Below, piece after piece: positions 1 through 8,991 of a DNA stretch of 64,000 nt (position 1 is its first letter; each line of letters opens with the position of its first letter). The stretch lies in NCBI GenBank assembly GCA_045863395.1, contig BTVJ01000002.1, forward strand, positions 192,001 through 256,000, written 5' to 3'. The notes under the pieces were generated by a model that did not search any database, had not been told where the DNA came from, and saw only the letters and a list, made by a program, of their open reading frames with translations. Both the position numbers and the translations under genes were made by a program. Source of the DNA: Myxococcales bacterium (GTDB taxonomy: Bacteria > Myxococcota_A > UBA9042 > JABWCM01 > BTVJ01).

Positions 1-326
1 TGGCCCCCTTCGGCATGGAGGAGGGCACCGAGGCCGCCGTCGCCGAGCGGGAGTTCGGCCTGGTGGTGGGTGAGCCCGTGGAGTTCCGCTTCCTGGCGTC
101 GACCACGCGGGCCGATGACCGGGTGGGGGACATGGTCGACGCCAGGGAGCTGAGCGAGCTGACCCCGCTGGAGGTCACGCTGGACGAGGGGGCGGACGGC
201 CAGGTGGTGCCCGTGCGGATCCACGTCAGGGTGACGGAGGTGGGGACCCTGGAGGTGTGGTGCCAGTCGCGCGGTGGGGACCGATGGAAGGTGGAGCTGG
301 AGACCCGCGCCGAGGGGGCGCGATGA
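1..326 (+). CDS. Hsp70-family (DnaK-like) protein, C-terminal part (runs off window start)
   Basis: GMEEG..EFGLVVGEPVEFRF..VTEVGTLEVWC..RWK.E parallels the same segment of the downstream Hsp70-like paralog (GIEEG..VTEVGTLALFC..RWKLEF); ATGA overlap with the next gene. Confidence 0.75.
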   Translation, partial: APFGMEEGTEAAVAEREFGLVVGEPVEFRFLASTTRADDRVGDMVDARELSELTPLEVTLDEGADGQVVPVRIHVRVTEVGTLEVWCQSRGGDRWKVELETRAEGAR

Positions 327-3133
327 GCGAGGCCCCGGCCGTCATCGGAATCGACCTCGGCACCACCAACTCGGCGGTGGCGTGGGTGGACACCCGCCGG
401 CTGGTGGAGGGGGAGCAGCCTCCCGTGCGCCTGTTCGAGCCGCCGCAGCTCGTGCGGCCCGGGGCGGTGGAGACGCGGCCGCTGCTGCCGTCCTTCGTCT
501 ACGCGCCGGGTGAGCACGACCTGCCCGCCGGGAGCACGGCGCTGCCGTGGGACGCCGGGCGGGCGTTCGCGGTCGGTGAGCTGGCCCGGGACCATGGGGC
601 GCTGGTGCCGGGGAGGTTGGTGGCGTCCGCCAAGTCCTGGCTCTGCCACGACGAGGTGGACCGCCAGGCGGCCATCCTGCCGTGGGGAGGGGGCGACGAG
701 GTCAAGAAGCTCTCGCCGGTGGATGCCTCGGCGCGGGTGCTGGCGCACGTGCGTGAGGCCTGGGACCACGTCATGGCCAAGGGGGACCCGGACCTGCGCT
801 TCGAGCGGCAGGAGGTCATCGTCACGGTGCCGGCCTCCTTCGACGAGGTGGCCCGGGAGCTGACGCTGGAGGCGGCGCGCCGGGCGGGCCTGGAGCGTGT
901 GACGCTGCTGGAGGAGCCGCAGGCTGCCTTCTACTGCTGGATCCAGCAGCACCACGGCCAGTGGGGGGCGAGCTTTCCCGGCGGGCTGGTGCTGGTGTGC
1001 GACATCGGTGGGGGCACCACCGACCTCTCGCTGATCTCTGCGACGACGGCGACTGGAGGCGTGCCGGCCTTCGAGCGGGTGGCGGTGGGGGCCCACCTGC
1101 TGCTCGGTGGTGACAACCTCGACCTGGCGCTGGCGCGGGTGGTGGAGCAGACCGGTGGGGGCACGCTCGACGCACGGCAGTGGACGACGCTCAGCCATCG
1201 CTGTCGGGTCGCCAAGGAGCTGCTGCTGGCCGACGAGGGACCCGATGGTGTCGCCGTGACCGTGCCGGGCTCCGGGAGCCGGGTGATCGGGGGCGCCCGC
1301 AAGGTGGAGGTGACGCGGGAGCTTGCCGAGCGCGTGCTGCTCGACGGCTTCTTCCCGCTGACGGGGGCGCAGGAGCGGGTGGGGGGCAGGAGGCGAGGGG
1401 GGATCCAGGAGTTTGGCCTCCCGTATGTGCAGGACCCGGCCGTGTCGCGGCACGTGGCGGCCTTCCTGGCGCAGCACGCGGGGCAGGTGGACCCGGAGGC
1501 GCGGTGGGGGGACATGGCGCGCCCGGACGCCATCCTGTTCAACGGCGGCACGGTGAGCCCCCGGCGCATCCAGGAGCGGGTGGTGTCGGTGCTGCGGGGG
1601 TGGTTTCCGGTTGGGAGGGGCGGCGGTGCCTGGGAGCCGCGGGTGCTGGCGAATGGGAGGCCCGACCTCGCGGTCGCGTATGGGGCCGCCTACTACGGCC
1701 TCGTGCGGAGAGGGCACGGGCTGCGCATCGCGGGCGGGTCTCCGCGGGCGTACTACGTGGGGGTGGGGGCGTCGACGGCGGGGCCACCGCCGGTGCCCGG
1801 CAGCGTGCGGGTGGTGTGTCTGCTGCCCCACGGCATCGAGGAGGGCCGCCAGGTGGAGGTGGGGGCGGACCTCCACGCGCGGACCAACGCGGCCGTGAGG
1901 TTTCCCCTGTGGAGCAGCAACACGCGCATGGGCGACCAGCCTGGCGACGTCCTGATGCTGGCGGAGGACACGCTCGCACCGCTCCCGCCGCTCCACACCT
2001 TGCTGCGCTTCGGCAAGAAGGGGGTGGAGAGCAGCATCCCCGTCAAGCTCCAGGCGCAGGTGACGGAGGTGGGCACGCTGGCGCTGTTCTGCGCGTCGCT
2101 CCAGACCCACCACCGGTGGAAGCTGGAGTTCGACCTCAGAGCCGGGTGGGCCGCCGACGGGGACGCCGCGGCGGTGATCGAGACGGAGGCCATCGACGAG
2201 GCGCGTGTCGAGGCGGGACGAGCGCTGATCACGGCCTGCTTTGGGACGGGTGGGGACCCGGCGGGCCTGGTGAAGGAGCTGGAGAAGGCCCTGGATGCGC
2301 CTCGCGACGAGTGGCCATTGGGGGCGATCAGGGCGCTATGGCCCGCGCTGCGGGATGCGGCGGACGGGCGGCGGCGCTCTGCGGCTCACGAGGCGCGGTG
2401 GCTCAACCTCGCGGGCCACTGCCTGCGGCCGGGTACAGGCATGCCCGGCGACGAGATCCGCATCAAGGAGCTGTGGCGGCTGGCTTCGGAAGGCGTGACG
2501 CACCGGCGCGACTCCCAGCCACTCAGCGAGTGGTGGGTGCTGTGGCGGCGGGTGGCGGCGGGCCTGTCGGCGGGCCAGCAGGTCGAGATCACGGGGCGGG
2601 CGCTGCCGCTGGTCATGAGCAAGAAGGTGGACCCGTTCAAGTACGGGCGTGGGGCCCCGGACAAGAACGAGGAGCGGGAGATCTGGTACGCCCTGGCGAG
2701 CCTGGAGCGCATCGAGCGTGCCACCCGGCTCAATCTGGGCGAGACCATCGTCAAGCGGCTCGGCAACCGGGAGACGGCGCGCTACGGGTACTGGGTGCTG
2801 GCGCGGGTCGGCGCGCGGGTGCCGCTCTACGGGCCCGTGTCCGGCGTGCTGCCGCCGGATGTCGTAGGGCGCTGGGTGGACGCGGTGCTGGAGGCGAAGT
2901 GGCACGAGCCTGAGAAGGTGGCCTTCGAGGCGGTGCAGCTCGGGCGCCTGACCGGCGACCGGGCGCGGGATCTGCCGGCCCCGGTGCGCAAGAAGCTGGC
3001 GGCGGCCATCGAGAAGCAGGCGGACGCGTCGCGGCTCACGCAGCTCCTGATGGAGGTCGTCCCCCTGGAGCGGCGGGAGCAGGTGCGGGTCCTCGGCGAC
3101 TCCATCCCCCCCGGGCTCGTCCTGGCGCCGTGA
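323..3133 (+). CDS. Hsp70-family protein with C-terminal DUF3731-like helical domain
   Basis: Actin-like ATPase motifs IGIDLGTTNS, TVPASFD, LLEEPQAA, DIGGGTTD, LGGDNLD; C-terminal RWLNLAGHCLRPG..WW.LWRRVA.GL; ATG 323 overlaps the upstream stop. Confidence 0.85.
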   Translation: MSEAPAVIGIDLGTTNSAVAWVDTRRLVEGEQPPVRLFEPPQLVRPGAVETRPLLPSFVYAPGEHDLPAGSTALPWDAGRAFAVGELARDHGALVPGRLVASAKSWLCHDEVDRQAAILPWGGGDEVKKLSPVDASARVLAHVREAWDHVMAKGDPDLRFERQEVIVTVPASFDEVARELTLEAARRAGLERVTLLEEPQAAFYCWIQQHHGQWGASFPGGLVLVCDIGGGTTDLSLISATTATGGVPAFERVAVGAHLLLGGDNLDLALARVVEQTGGGTLDARQWTTLSHRCRVAKELLLADEGPDGVAVTVPGSGSRVIGGARKVEVTRELAERVLLDGFFPLTGAQERVGGRRRGGIQEFGLPYVQDPAVSRHVAAFLAQHAGQVDPEARWGDMARPDAILFNGGTVSPRRIQERVVSVLRGWFPVGRGGGAWEPRVLANGRPDLAVAYGAAYYGLVRRGHGLRIAGGSPRAYYVGVGASTAGPPPVPGSVRVVCLLPHGIEEGRQVEVGADLHARTNAAVRFPLWSSNTRMGDQPGDVLMLAEDTLAPLPPLHTLLRFGKKGVESSIPVKLQAQVTEVGTLALFCASLQTHHRWKLEFDLRAGWAADGDAAAVIETEAIDEARVEAGRALITACFGTGGDPAGLVKELEKALDAPRDEWPLGAIRALWPALRDAADGRRRSAAHEARWLNLAGHCLRPGTGMPGDEIRIKELWRLASEGVTHRRDSQPLSEWWVLWRRVAAGLSAGQQVEITGRALPLVMSKKVDPFKYGRGAPDKNEEREIWYALASLERIERATRLNLGETIVKRLGNRETARYGYWVLARVGARVPLYGPVSGVLPPDVVGRWVDAVLEAKWHEPEKVAFEAVQLGRLTGDRARDLPAPVRKKLAAAIEKQADASRLTQLLMEVVPLERREQVRVLGDSIPPGLVLAP

Positions 3134-4569
3134 GCCGCGCGGCGACCATGGTCGCGCTGCTGCTCGCCGGCGGGATGGCGAGCGCGGACCACGGCGCAGC
3201 GGGGGGGCGCTGGGGAGGGGCGAGGTGGGCCGAGGGGATCGCGGGAGGCGGGCCTGGGGAGGGAGCCGGCCCCCAGGCGCGGGAGGCGGACGCCGAGCCC
3301 CGTGATCGCGCGGGGGAGCACGTCGCGACCGACACCGCGGGCGCTTCTCGGACCGGCGCAGCTTCGGCAGGAACCTGGCTCGTGCTGTCTCCGGCGACCG
3401 GGATGGTCGAGCCCCCGTGCGCGGAGACGGGCGCCTGCCGCCCCATCCTCTTCGTGCGCCCTGCCGACTGCACCCCCAAGAGCCGCTGGTACTACGAGCG
3501 CCGCACCCAGCGCTGCGAGGCCGAGAGCCGGCTCGTGCTGTTCGTGGACCGGGTGGGGGAGATTCACGGCGCACAGCGCCTGGGAGACCAGCCGGCGGGG
3601 AAGGAGCCGGTCCCCGACGAGGTCCGCCACCTCTGGCGCCACTGCGGTGAGGACGCAGAACCCCGCTGGGACCCGCTGCCGGTGGCGTTCGTCCGTTACG
3701 TGGACCCGGATCTGGGGCGCTGTCTCGTCGCACACCCGGACGCGCAGGAGCTGTCGCCGGACCTGGCGAAGAAGGCCCGCGTGAAGGGCCTCGACACCCT
3801 CCACCCGTTCGTGCGGTACGCCGGCCGGGAGCTGGTCCGCCGGGCCTACGAAGAAGGCATCGAGATCAAGGTGATCAGCGGCCACCGCCACTACAAGGCG
3901 CGGGTGGGCTATGACCGGAACCTCAAGCGGCGGCGTGTGTTGGCGAGCTGGCACGCCTTCGGGGTGGCCCTCGACATCAACATGACGTGGGCGCGGGGCC
4001 TGGTGGAGGCGTCGAGGCGCCGCCGCGACGACCCCGCGGAGCACGCGCGGTGGGAGCGCCTCGGCGAGATCGGCCGCGAGTTGGGCCTCCGCTGGGGCGG
4101 CGACATGAAGAGCGACGACATCTTCCACTTCGAGTGGCACCCGGGCTACGGCGGGCGGCTCCAGCCCCGTGAGCTGGCGGCCTTCCTCAATGCCACGGCG
4201 GGAGGCAAGCACTACGAGAGGTCCTGGCACCTCTTCGGGCCCGGCGCGAAGAAGATCGTCGCCGCCACGAAGCTGCCGCCTCCGCCCAAGGTGACGAAGC
4301 CCCGCAAGGGAGCCCAGGGGGCGGGCAAGGCGGTGAAGGGGGGCAAGGATCCCCCTGGGAGAGCCCCCGGGGGAAAGGGCGCCCTCCGGTCCAAGGCGAA
4401 GGGCGGCCAGAGCGCGGTGGGAGGCTCTGGCGAGAGCCCCAAGAAGGGCGCCGCCAAGCGCGGAGGCAAGGCTGGGGTCAAGGGCGCAAAGGGGGCCGGA
4501 GGGCAGCGCAAGTCGGGCAAGGCTGCGTCCAAGGAGTCCCGCGGCGGCCGGAAGCGGGGCGCGCGGTGA
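3130..4569 (+). CDS. M15-family Zn metallopeptidase (peptidoglycan peptidase) with Lys/Gly-rich C-terminal tail
   Basis: SGHR, SWHAFGVALDI (SxHxxGxAxD), LRWGG and DIFHFE motifs; signal-like N-terminus; last ~100 aa are low-complexity K/G/A. Confidence 0.75.
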   Translation: MSRAATMVALLLAGGMASADHGAAGGRWGGARWAEGIAGGGPGEGAGPQAREADAEPRDRAGEHVATDTAGASRTGAASAGTWLVLSPATGMVEPPCAETGACRPILFVRPADCTPKSRWYYERRTQRCEAESRLVLFVDRVGEIHGAQRLGDQPAGKEPVPDEVRHLWRHCGEDAEPRWDPLPVAFVRYVDPDLGRCLVAHPDAQELSPDLAKKARVKGLDTLHPFVRYAGRELVRRAYEEGIEIKVISGHRHYKARVGYDRNLKRRRVLASWHAFGVALDINMTWARGLVEASRRRRDDPAEHARWERLGEIGRELGLRWGGDMKSDDIFHFEWHPGYGGRLQPRELAAFLNATAGGKHYERSWHLFGPGAKKIVAATKLPPPPKVTKPRKGAQGAGKAVKGGKDPPGRAPGGKGALRSKAKGGQSAVGGSGESPKKGAAKRGGKAGVKGAKGAGGQRKSGKAASKESRGGRKRGAR

Positions 4570-4635
4570 GGGGCAGAGGGGAGCTGCACCGGGCGCACCT
4601 TGCGGCCGCACCCGCCGGCGTCTAGGGTAGGGCCC

Positions 4636-6198
4636 ATGAAGCGCTTCAACACTGCCGGCCCCTGCATCGAGGGGATGCACTACATGCTGCCGCCCCTCGA
4701 CCGGATCCCCGAGGCGCGGGGGCTCGTCGAGCAGGGCGCGTACTTCGTGGTCCACGCGCCCCGGCAGACCGGAAAGACGACGGCGCTGCGGGCCCTGGCG
4801 CGCGCGCTGACGGAGGAGGGGCACTACGCGGCCCTGGCGTTCTCGTGCGAGGCGGCAGAGGCCTGCGGGGAGGACGTCGCGCGAGCACAGCGGGCGATCC
4901 TGGAGGAGATGGAGCTGGCCGCGGCCGTGGACCTGCCGCCCGATCTCGCCCCCCCCCCTCTCCCGGCATCCGACACGCGGGTCTCGCGCATCCGCGCGGC
5001 GCTGGCCGCCTGGGCCCATGCCTGTCCGCGGCCGCTCGTGCTGTTGTTCGACGAGATCGACGCGGTCCGGGGGGAGAGCCTCCGGTCCGTGTTGCGACAG
5101 CTCCGTGCGGGGTTCCAGTATCGCCCGCGGGCCTTCCCGTGGTCGGTGGCGCTGTGCGGACTCCGCGACGTGCGTGACTACCGGGTGGCGTCCGGTGGGG
5201 ACCCGGACCGGATTGGGACGTCGAGCCCCTTCAACGTGAAGACCGAGTCTCTGCGGCTCGGGTCGTTCAGTCACGAGGAGGTGCGCACGTTGTGGAGCCA
5301 GCACACGGCCGCGACGGGCCAGGTGTTCGCGGATGCCGCCACGGAGCGCGCCTTCCTGCTCACCGAGGGGCAGCCGTGGCTGGTCAACGCGCTGGCGCGA
5401 GAGGTGGTGGAGAAGCTGGCGCCGCCTCCCGTCGAGGTGACGGCAGGTCAAGTCGAGGCGGCGAAGGAGCGCTTGATCCTGGCGAGACAGACGCACCTGG
5501 ACTCTCTCGTGGCGCGGCTCCAGGAGCCTCGGGTCCGCCGAATCATGGCCCCGCTGCTCGCTGGCGAGGCAGTCGGAGGTGACGCCTACGACGACGACGT
5601 CTCATTTGCGCGGGACCTGGGGCTGGTGACGGGCAAGCCACTGCGCGTCGCGAACCCCATCTATCGCGAGATTGTCATCCGCGTGTTGGCGTCGGCAGCC
5701 GACGACGGGATTCAGCTCCCGGACCGCCGCTGGCAGACGGAGAGCGGTCGCCTCGACGTGGAGACGCTGCTCGACGCGTTTGCGGCGTGGTGGCGCGAGC
5801 AGGGGGAGGCACTGGCGCCGAAGATGCCCTACCACGAGGTGGCGGCGCAGCTCGTGCTGCTGGCGTGGCTCCAGCGCGTGGTCAACGGGGGCGGCTTCAT
5901 CGATCGAGAGTACGGCTTGGGCCGGCGCCGCATCGACGTTCTGATCCGCTGGCCGCTGCCGGACGGAGGCTGGCAGCGGGAGGCGCTGGAGCTGAAGGTC
6001 CGCCGGGACGGAGAGGCGGACCCGACGGCGGAGGGCCTCCGGCAGCTTGGGGGCTATCTCACCTCTCTGGGCCTTCCCCACGGCTGGCTCGTCGTGTTCG
6101 ACCGGCGCGCGGATGCCCCCCCGGTGGCAGACCGCACGCGCTTCGAGGCGGCGACGTTGCCGGAGCAGGGGCTGCGGGTGACGGTGCTGCACGCCTGA
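4636..6198 (+). CDS. AAA-like ATP-binding protein with probable C-terminal PD-(D/E)XK-like domain
   Basis: Family-typical start MKRFNTAGPC; Walker A APRQTGKTT; Walker B LLFDEID; C-terminal REY..GRRRIDVLI..ALELK..QL..Y. Confidence 0.8.
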   Translation: MKRFNTAGPCIEGMHYMLPPLDRIPEARGLVEQGAYFVVHAPRQTGKTTALRALARALTEEGHYAALAFSCEAAEACGEDVARAQRAILEEMELAAAVDLPPDLAPPPLPASDTRVSRIRAALAAWAHACPRPLVLLFDEIDAVRGESLRSVLRQLRAGFQYRPRAFPWSVALCGLRDVRDYRVASGGDPDRIGTSSPFNVKTESLRLGSFSHEEVRTLWSQHTAATGQVFADAATERAFLLTEGQPWLVNALAREVVEKLAPPPVEVTAGQVEAAKERLILARQTHLDSLVARLQEPRVRRIMAPLLAGEAVGGDAYDDDVSFARDLGLVTGKPLRVANPIYREIVIRVLASAADDGIQLPDRRWQTESGRLDVETLLDAFAAWWREQGEALAPKMPYHEVAAQLVLLAWLQRVVNGGGFIDREYGLGRRRIDVLIRWPLPDGGWQREALELKVRRDGEADPTAEGLRQLGGYLTSLGLPHGWLVVFDRRADAPPVADRTRFEAATLPEQGLRVTVLHA

Positions 6199-6401
6199 GC
6201 GGGGCCCGGGGGCCGGGGAGACCCTTGCGCCATGCGCGTGCCATGTGGACTCCACGCGGTGGTGGAGGAGGAGCGCGCCTGCCGCCGGGTGGCGACCCGC
6301 TTCCAGTCGCCGAATTGGAGTGACTCGGAATGGCGAGGCGCGCCACCCGGGGGGCGCGGTGCGTGTCGCTGTGGCTTTGAGGGGGGCCTCGGCTCCGGTC
6401 G

Positions 6402-7004
6402 TCAGGACGCGCGAGAGTCCTCGCCGCTCTCGGTGAGAATGTCGACGAGCGCCTCCTCCGCGGCGGCCAGTGTAGGCGCCTCCAGGGCGATGTCCAAGAC
6501 ACGGGCTGCGACGGTGGCGTCGTCGATGGCGCGGACTCTCTCTTCAAGCCGTGGCGGTACTTCACGGAAGCGGAAGGCGAGCACGCGGAGTGCTCCGCGC
6601 GCCTCGCCGCGCGCCTCTCCGCGTGCCTCGCCTTCGGCCAGGAACCTCTTGTGCCACTTCTCGGGTATGCTCTCTGTCTGCATGATGAAGTCCTCCTCGT
6701 CCGGGGTGAGCACTCCTCGTCGAATCAGCTCCTCCCGCCACCCGGCCACGACGGCTTGGAGGGTCCTCCCGGGGACGGACCCTGCCGGAGCTGCGTCGAG
6801 GTCTTCCAGCGCTTCTCGAAAGACGCGACCGCGGCCGAGCATGCAGAGCGCGAGGGTGGCAGGCTCCCTCGGCAGCGCGTGGGCCGCGACGACCACTGAA
6901 TCAAGGCCCGTGGCGAGGCGAAGGACGCCGGGGCTCAGGGGGGTGCCGCCGAAGGCGGCGATCAGGGGCTCCGAGGCGGTGGTGGCGCCGGTCAGGAGGG
7001 CCAC
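6402..7004 (-). CDS. Hypothetical protein with Rpn/DUF4351-like C-terminus, possibly 5'-truncated
   Basis: EGEARGEARGEARG repeat followed by LRVL..RF..VP..LEERVRAI.D; start uncertain. Confidence 0.5.
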   Translation of the reverse strand: MALLTGATTASEPLIAAFGGTPLSPGVLRLATGLDSVVVAAHALPREPATLALCMLGRGRVFREALEDLDAAPAGSVPGRTLQAVVAGWREELIRRGVLTPDEEDFIMQTESIPEKWHKRFLAEGEARGEARGEARGALRVLAFRFREVPPRLEERVRAIDDATVAARVLDIALEAPTLAAAEEALVDILTESGEDSRAS

Positions 7005-7464
7005 GGTGGCGCATGGTCGCGGGTCATCCGCCGCCCGCCGCAGGCGCCCTCGGCCTCCGCTGCTCAGGTCCCTGGTGCCCCAGGTCCTTTGGTCCCTCGG
7101 GTGGCAGACGACGGACGTTCGGAGCGCAGACCGAGCGCCCCGCCGTCCGCCGAGCGCCCCCGGTCAGACGGGGGAAGGCACCCGGCGAGACCGCGCGGCG
7201 CCGTGAGTTGGGAAGGGCACGAACCGTGAAGGTCCAGAAGGGGAGAGCCCCTCCGTCGCTCGCCTGGCCACGGTGGCTGACCATGGCATGCTGTGGACCG
7301 CCCTCGCAAGGACGCGCTCCACGAGCGGTGACACACGGACGCGTCCGCCTCCAGGAGCGCGGGTGCCTGCCAGCGCCACCCACGCGAGCGCCCACCCGCC
7401 TTGAACGGCCCCAACGGTTCCGCCACAATCCTGACGGGCTGCATCCATGGACAGAGGAGCGGGC

Positions 7465-8991
7465 GTGAGGCGGCGGGACTTTCTGCGACGGGTGGGGGCG
7501 GGGGCGGCGGGCGCCATCGCATCGGGGCTCCGCCTCCCCACGGCCCGCGCCTCCTGGGGCGCATGGCCCGCGGCCTCCCTGCCCGCCGCGCTCCCCCTCG
7601 CCGCGCGCCCCAAGCACGTCCTCGAGGTCTTCCTCTATGGCGGCCTCTGCCCCTGGGAGACCTTCTACGTGGTGCCGTCCTTCGGTGCCCCCGACGACCC
7701 CAACCCAGCCCTGCGCAACACCCAGTGGTGGACCTTCCAGGAGGGGCCCGCGAGCGTCGCCGAGGTCCACGAGAAGTGCAGCCCCGTCACCTCGACGCCG
7801 CTCCTCGTGCCCTTCCGGCAGGACTCCGCCGGCAACCTGGTGCACCTCGGGCCCTTCACCGAGCCGCTCAGGAGCCGGGCAGACATCGTCGACCGCCTGC
7901 GCCTGCACGTGGTCACCCACAGCCTGGAGCCGCACGAGGCCGCCATCCCGCTCGCCATGTCGGGGTTTCGCCTCGGGCAGCCCAAGCTGGCGGGGGTGGG
8001 GGCCTCCATCCAGCACCATGACCAGGCCGCCGGGCTCTTCGGCGAGCCGTCCTCCTACGTGCTCTACGCGCCAGGCGACTTCCCCACCGACAACCTGCGG
8101 GCCGCAAGCGCCGTCGGCCTGCACCCCGCCTCGTCGCGCCCGCTGGCCATAAACGTGAGCGCCGGCACGGCCTTCATCGACGCGCTCGGGCGCAAGAAGG
8201 TGGGGGCGAAGCGCGCCGAGTTCGACGCGCTCATCGACCACTACACCGCGCTCCATCGCGCGCGCCTGACACCGCCGTCTCTCCCGCCTGTCCGCTCACG
8301 GACCCTGAGCGACTGGCAGTTCACCCTGGACACGCTCCAGACCACCGACACGCTGATCGACATCCTGGAGCCCGGCCTCTTCGTGCCCATCGGCGACCAG
8401 GCGTGCTCTCAGGCGGCTTCTCCCTCCTACCCGCGCATGGGGCTGCGCCTCGCCGCCCACCTGCTGACGCGGCCGGGCAGCCAGGCGCGCTACGTGTGTG
8501 TCGTCGACGGCGGCCTCATCCCCGCGTCCGGCGGCGGGGGCTATGACACCCACAACGCGCACATCGCCGACTCCGCGCGCAACCTGCGCAACGTGTTCAC
8601 CAACCTCTGCGCGGTGATCAACGAGCCGGGCGAGGGGGACCCGGCCAAGCTGAACCTCGACGACACCCTCGTCGTGCTCAACACCGAGTTCGGGCGCACC
8701 CCCTGGGCGCAGAACGGCGACGGGCGCAACCACCACCCCTACGCCTACGTGACCGCCATGTTCGGGGGGCCCGTGGGGGCGGCGCAGCAGGGCATCGTCG
8801 GCGCCATCGGGCCCGACGGGTACGCGACGTCGGCGCTGGCCCCGGCCGAGACCCGCGCGGCCATCCTCACGGCCCTGGGAGTCTTCCCCTTCGCGCCGGA
8901 GTGCTACGCGGTCAGCGACGTGGGCGGCGCGGTCACCGAGCTGGACGCGGCCCTTTGGCTCCGCGACGTGGTGCTCGGGGTGACGTCGTGA
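7465..8991 (+). CDS. DUF1501-family Tat-exported protein
   Basis: Twin-arginine RRRDFL after a GAGGAG RBS; VFLYGG, GYDTH, LDDTLVVLNTEFGRTP, GRNHHP motifs. Confidence 0.85.
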   Translation: MRRRDFLRRVGAGAAGAIASGLRLPTARASWGAWPAASLPAALPLAARPKHVLEVFLYGGLCPWETFYVVPSFGAPDDPNPALRNTQWWTFQEGPASVAEVHEKCSPVTSTPLLVPFRQDSAGNLVHLGPFTEPLRSRADIVDRLRLHVVTHSLEPHEAAIPLAMSGFRLGQPKLAGVGASIQHHDQAAGLFGEPSSYVLYAPGDFPTDNLRAASAVGLHPASSRPLAINVSAGTAFIDALGRKKVGAKRAEFDALIDHYTALHRARLTPPSLPPVRSRTLSDWQFTLDTLQTTDTLIDILEPGLFVPIGDQACSQAASPSYPRMGLRLAAHLLTRPGSQARYVCVVDGGLIPASGGGGYDTHNAHIADSARNLRNVFTNLCAVINEPGEGDPAKLNLDDTLVVLNTEFGRTPWAQNGDGRNHHPYAYVTAMFGGPVGAAQQGIVGAIGPDGYATSALAPAETRAAILTALGVFPFAPECYAVSDVGGAVTELDAALWLRDVVLGVTS

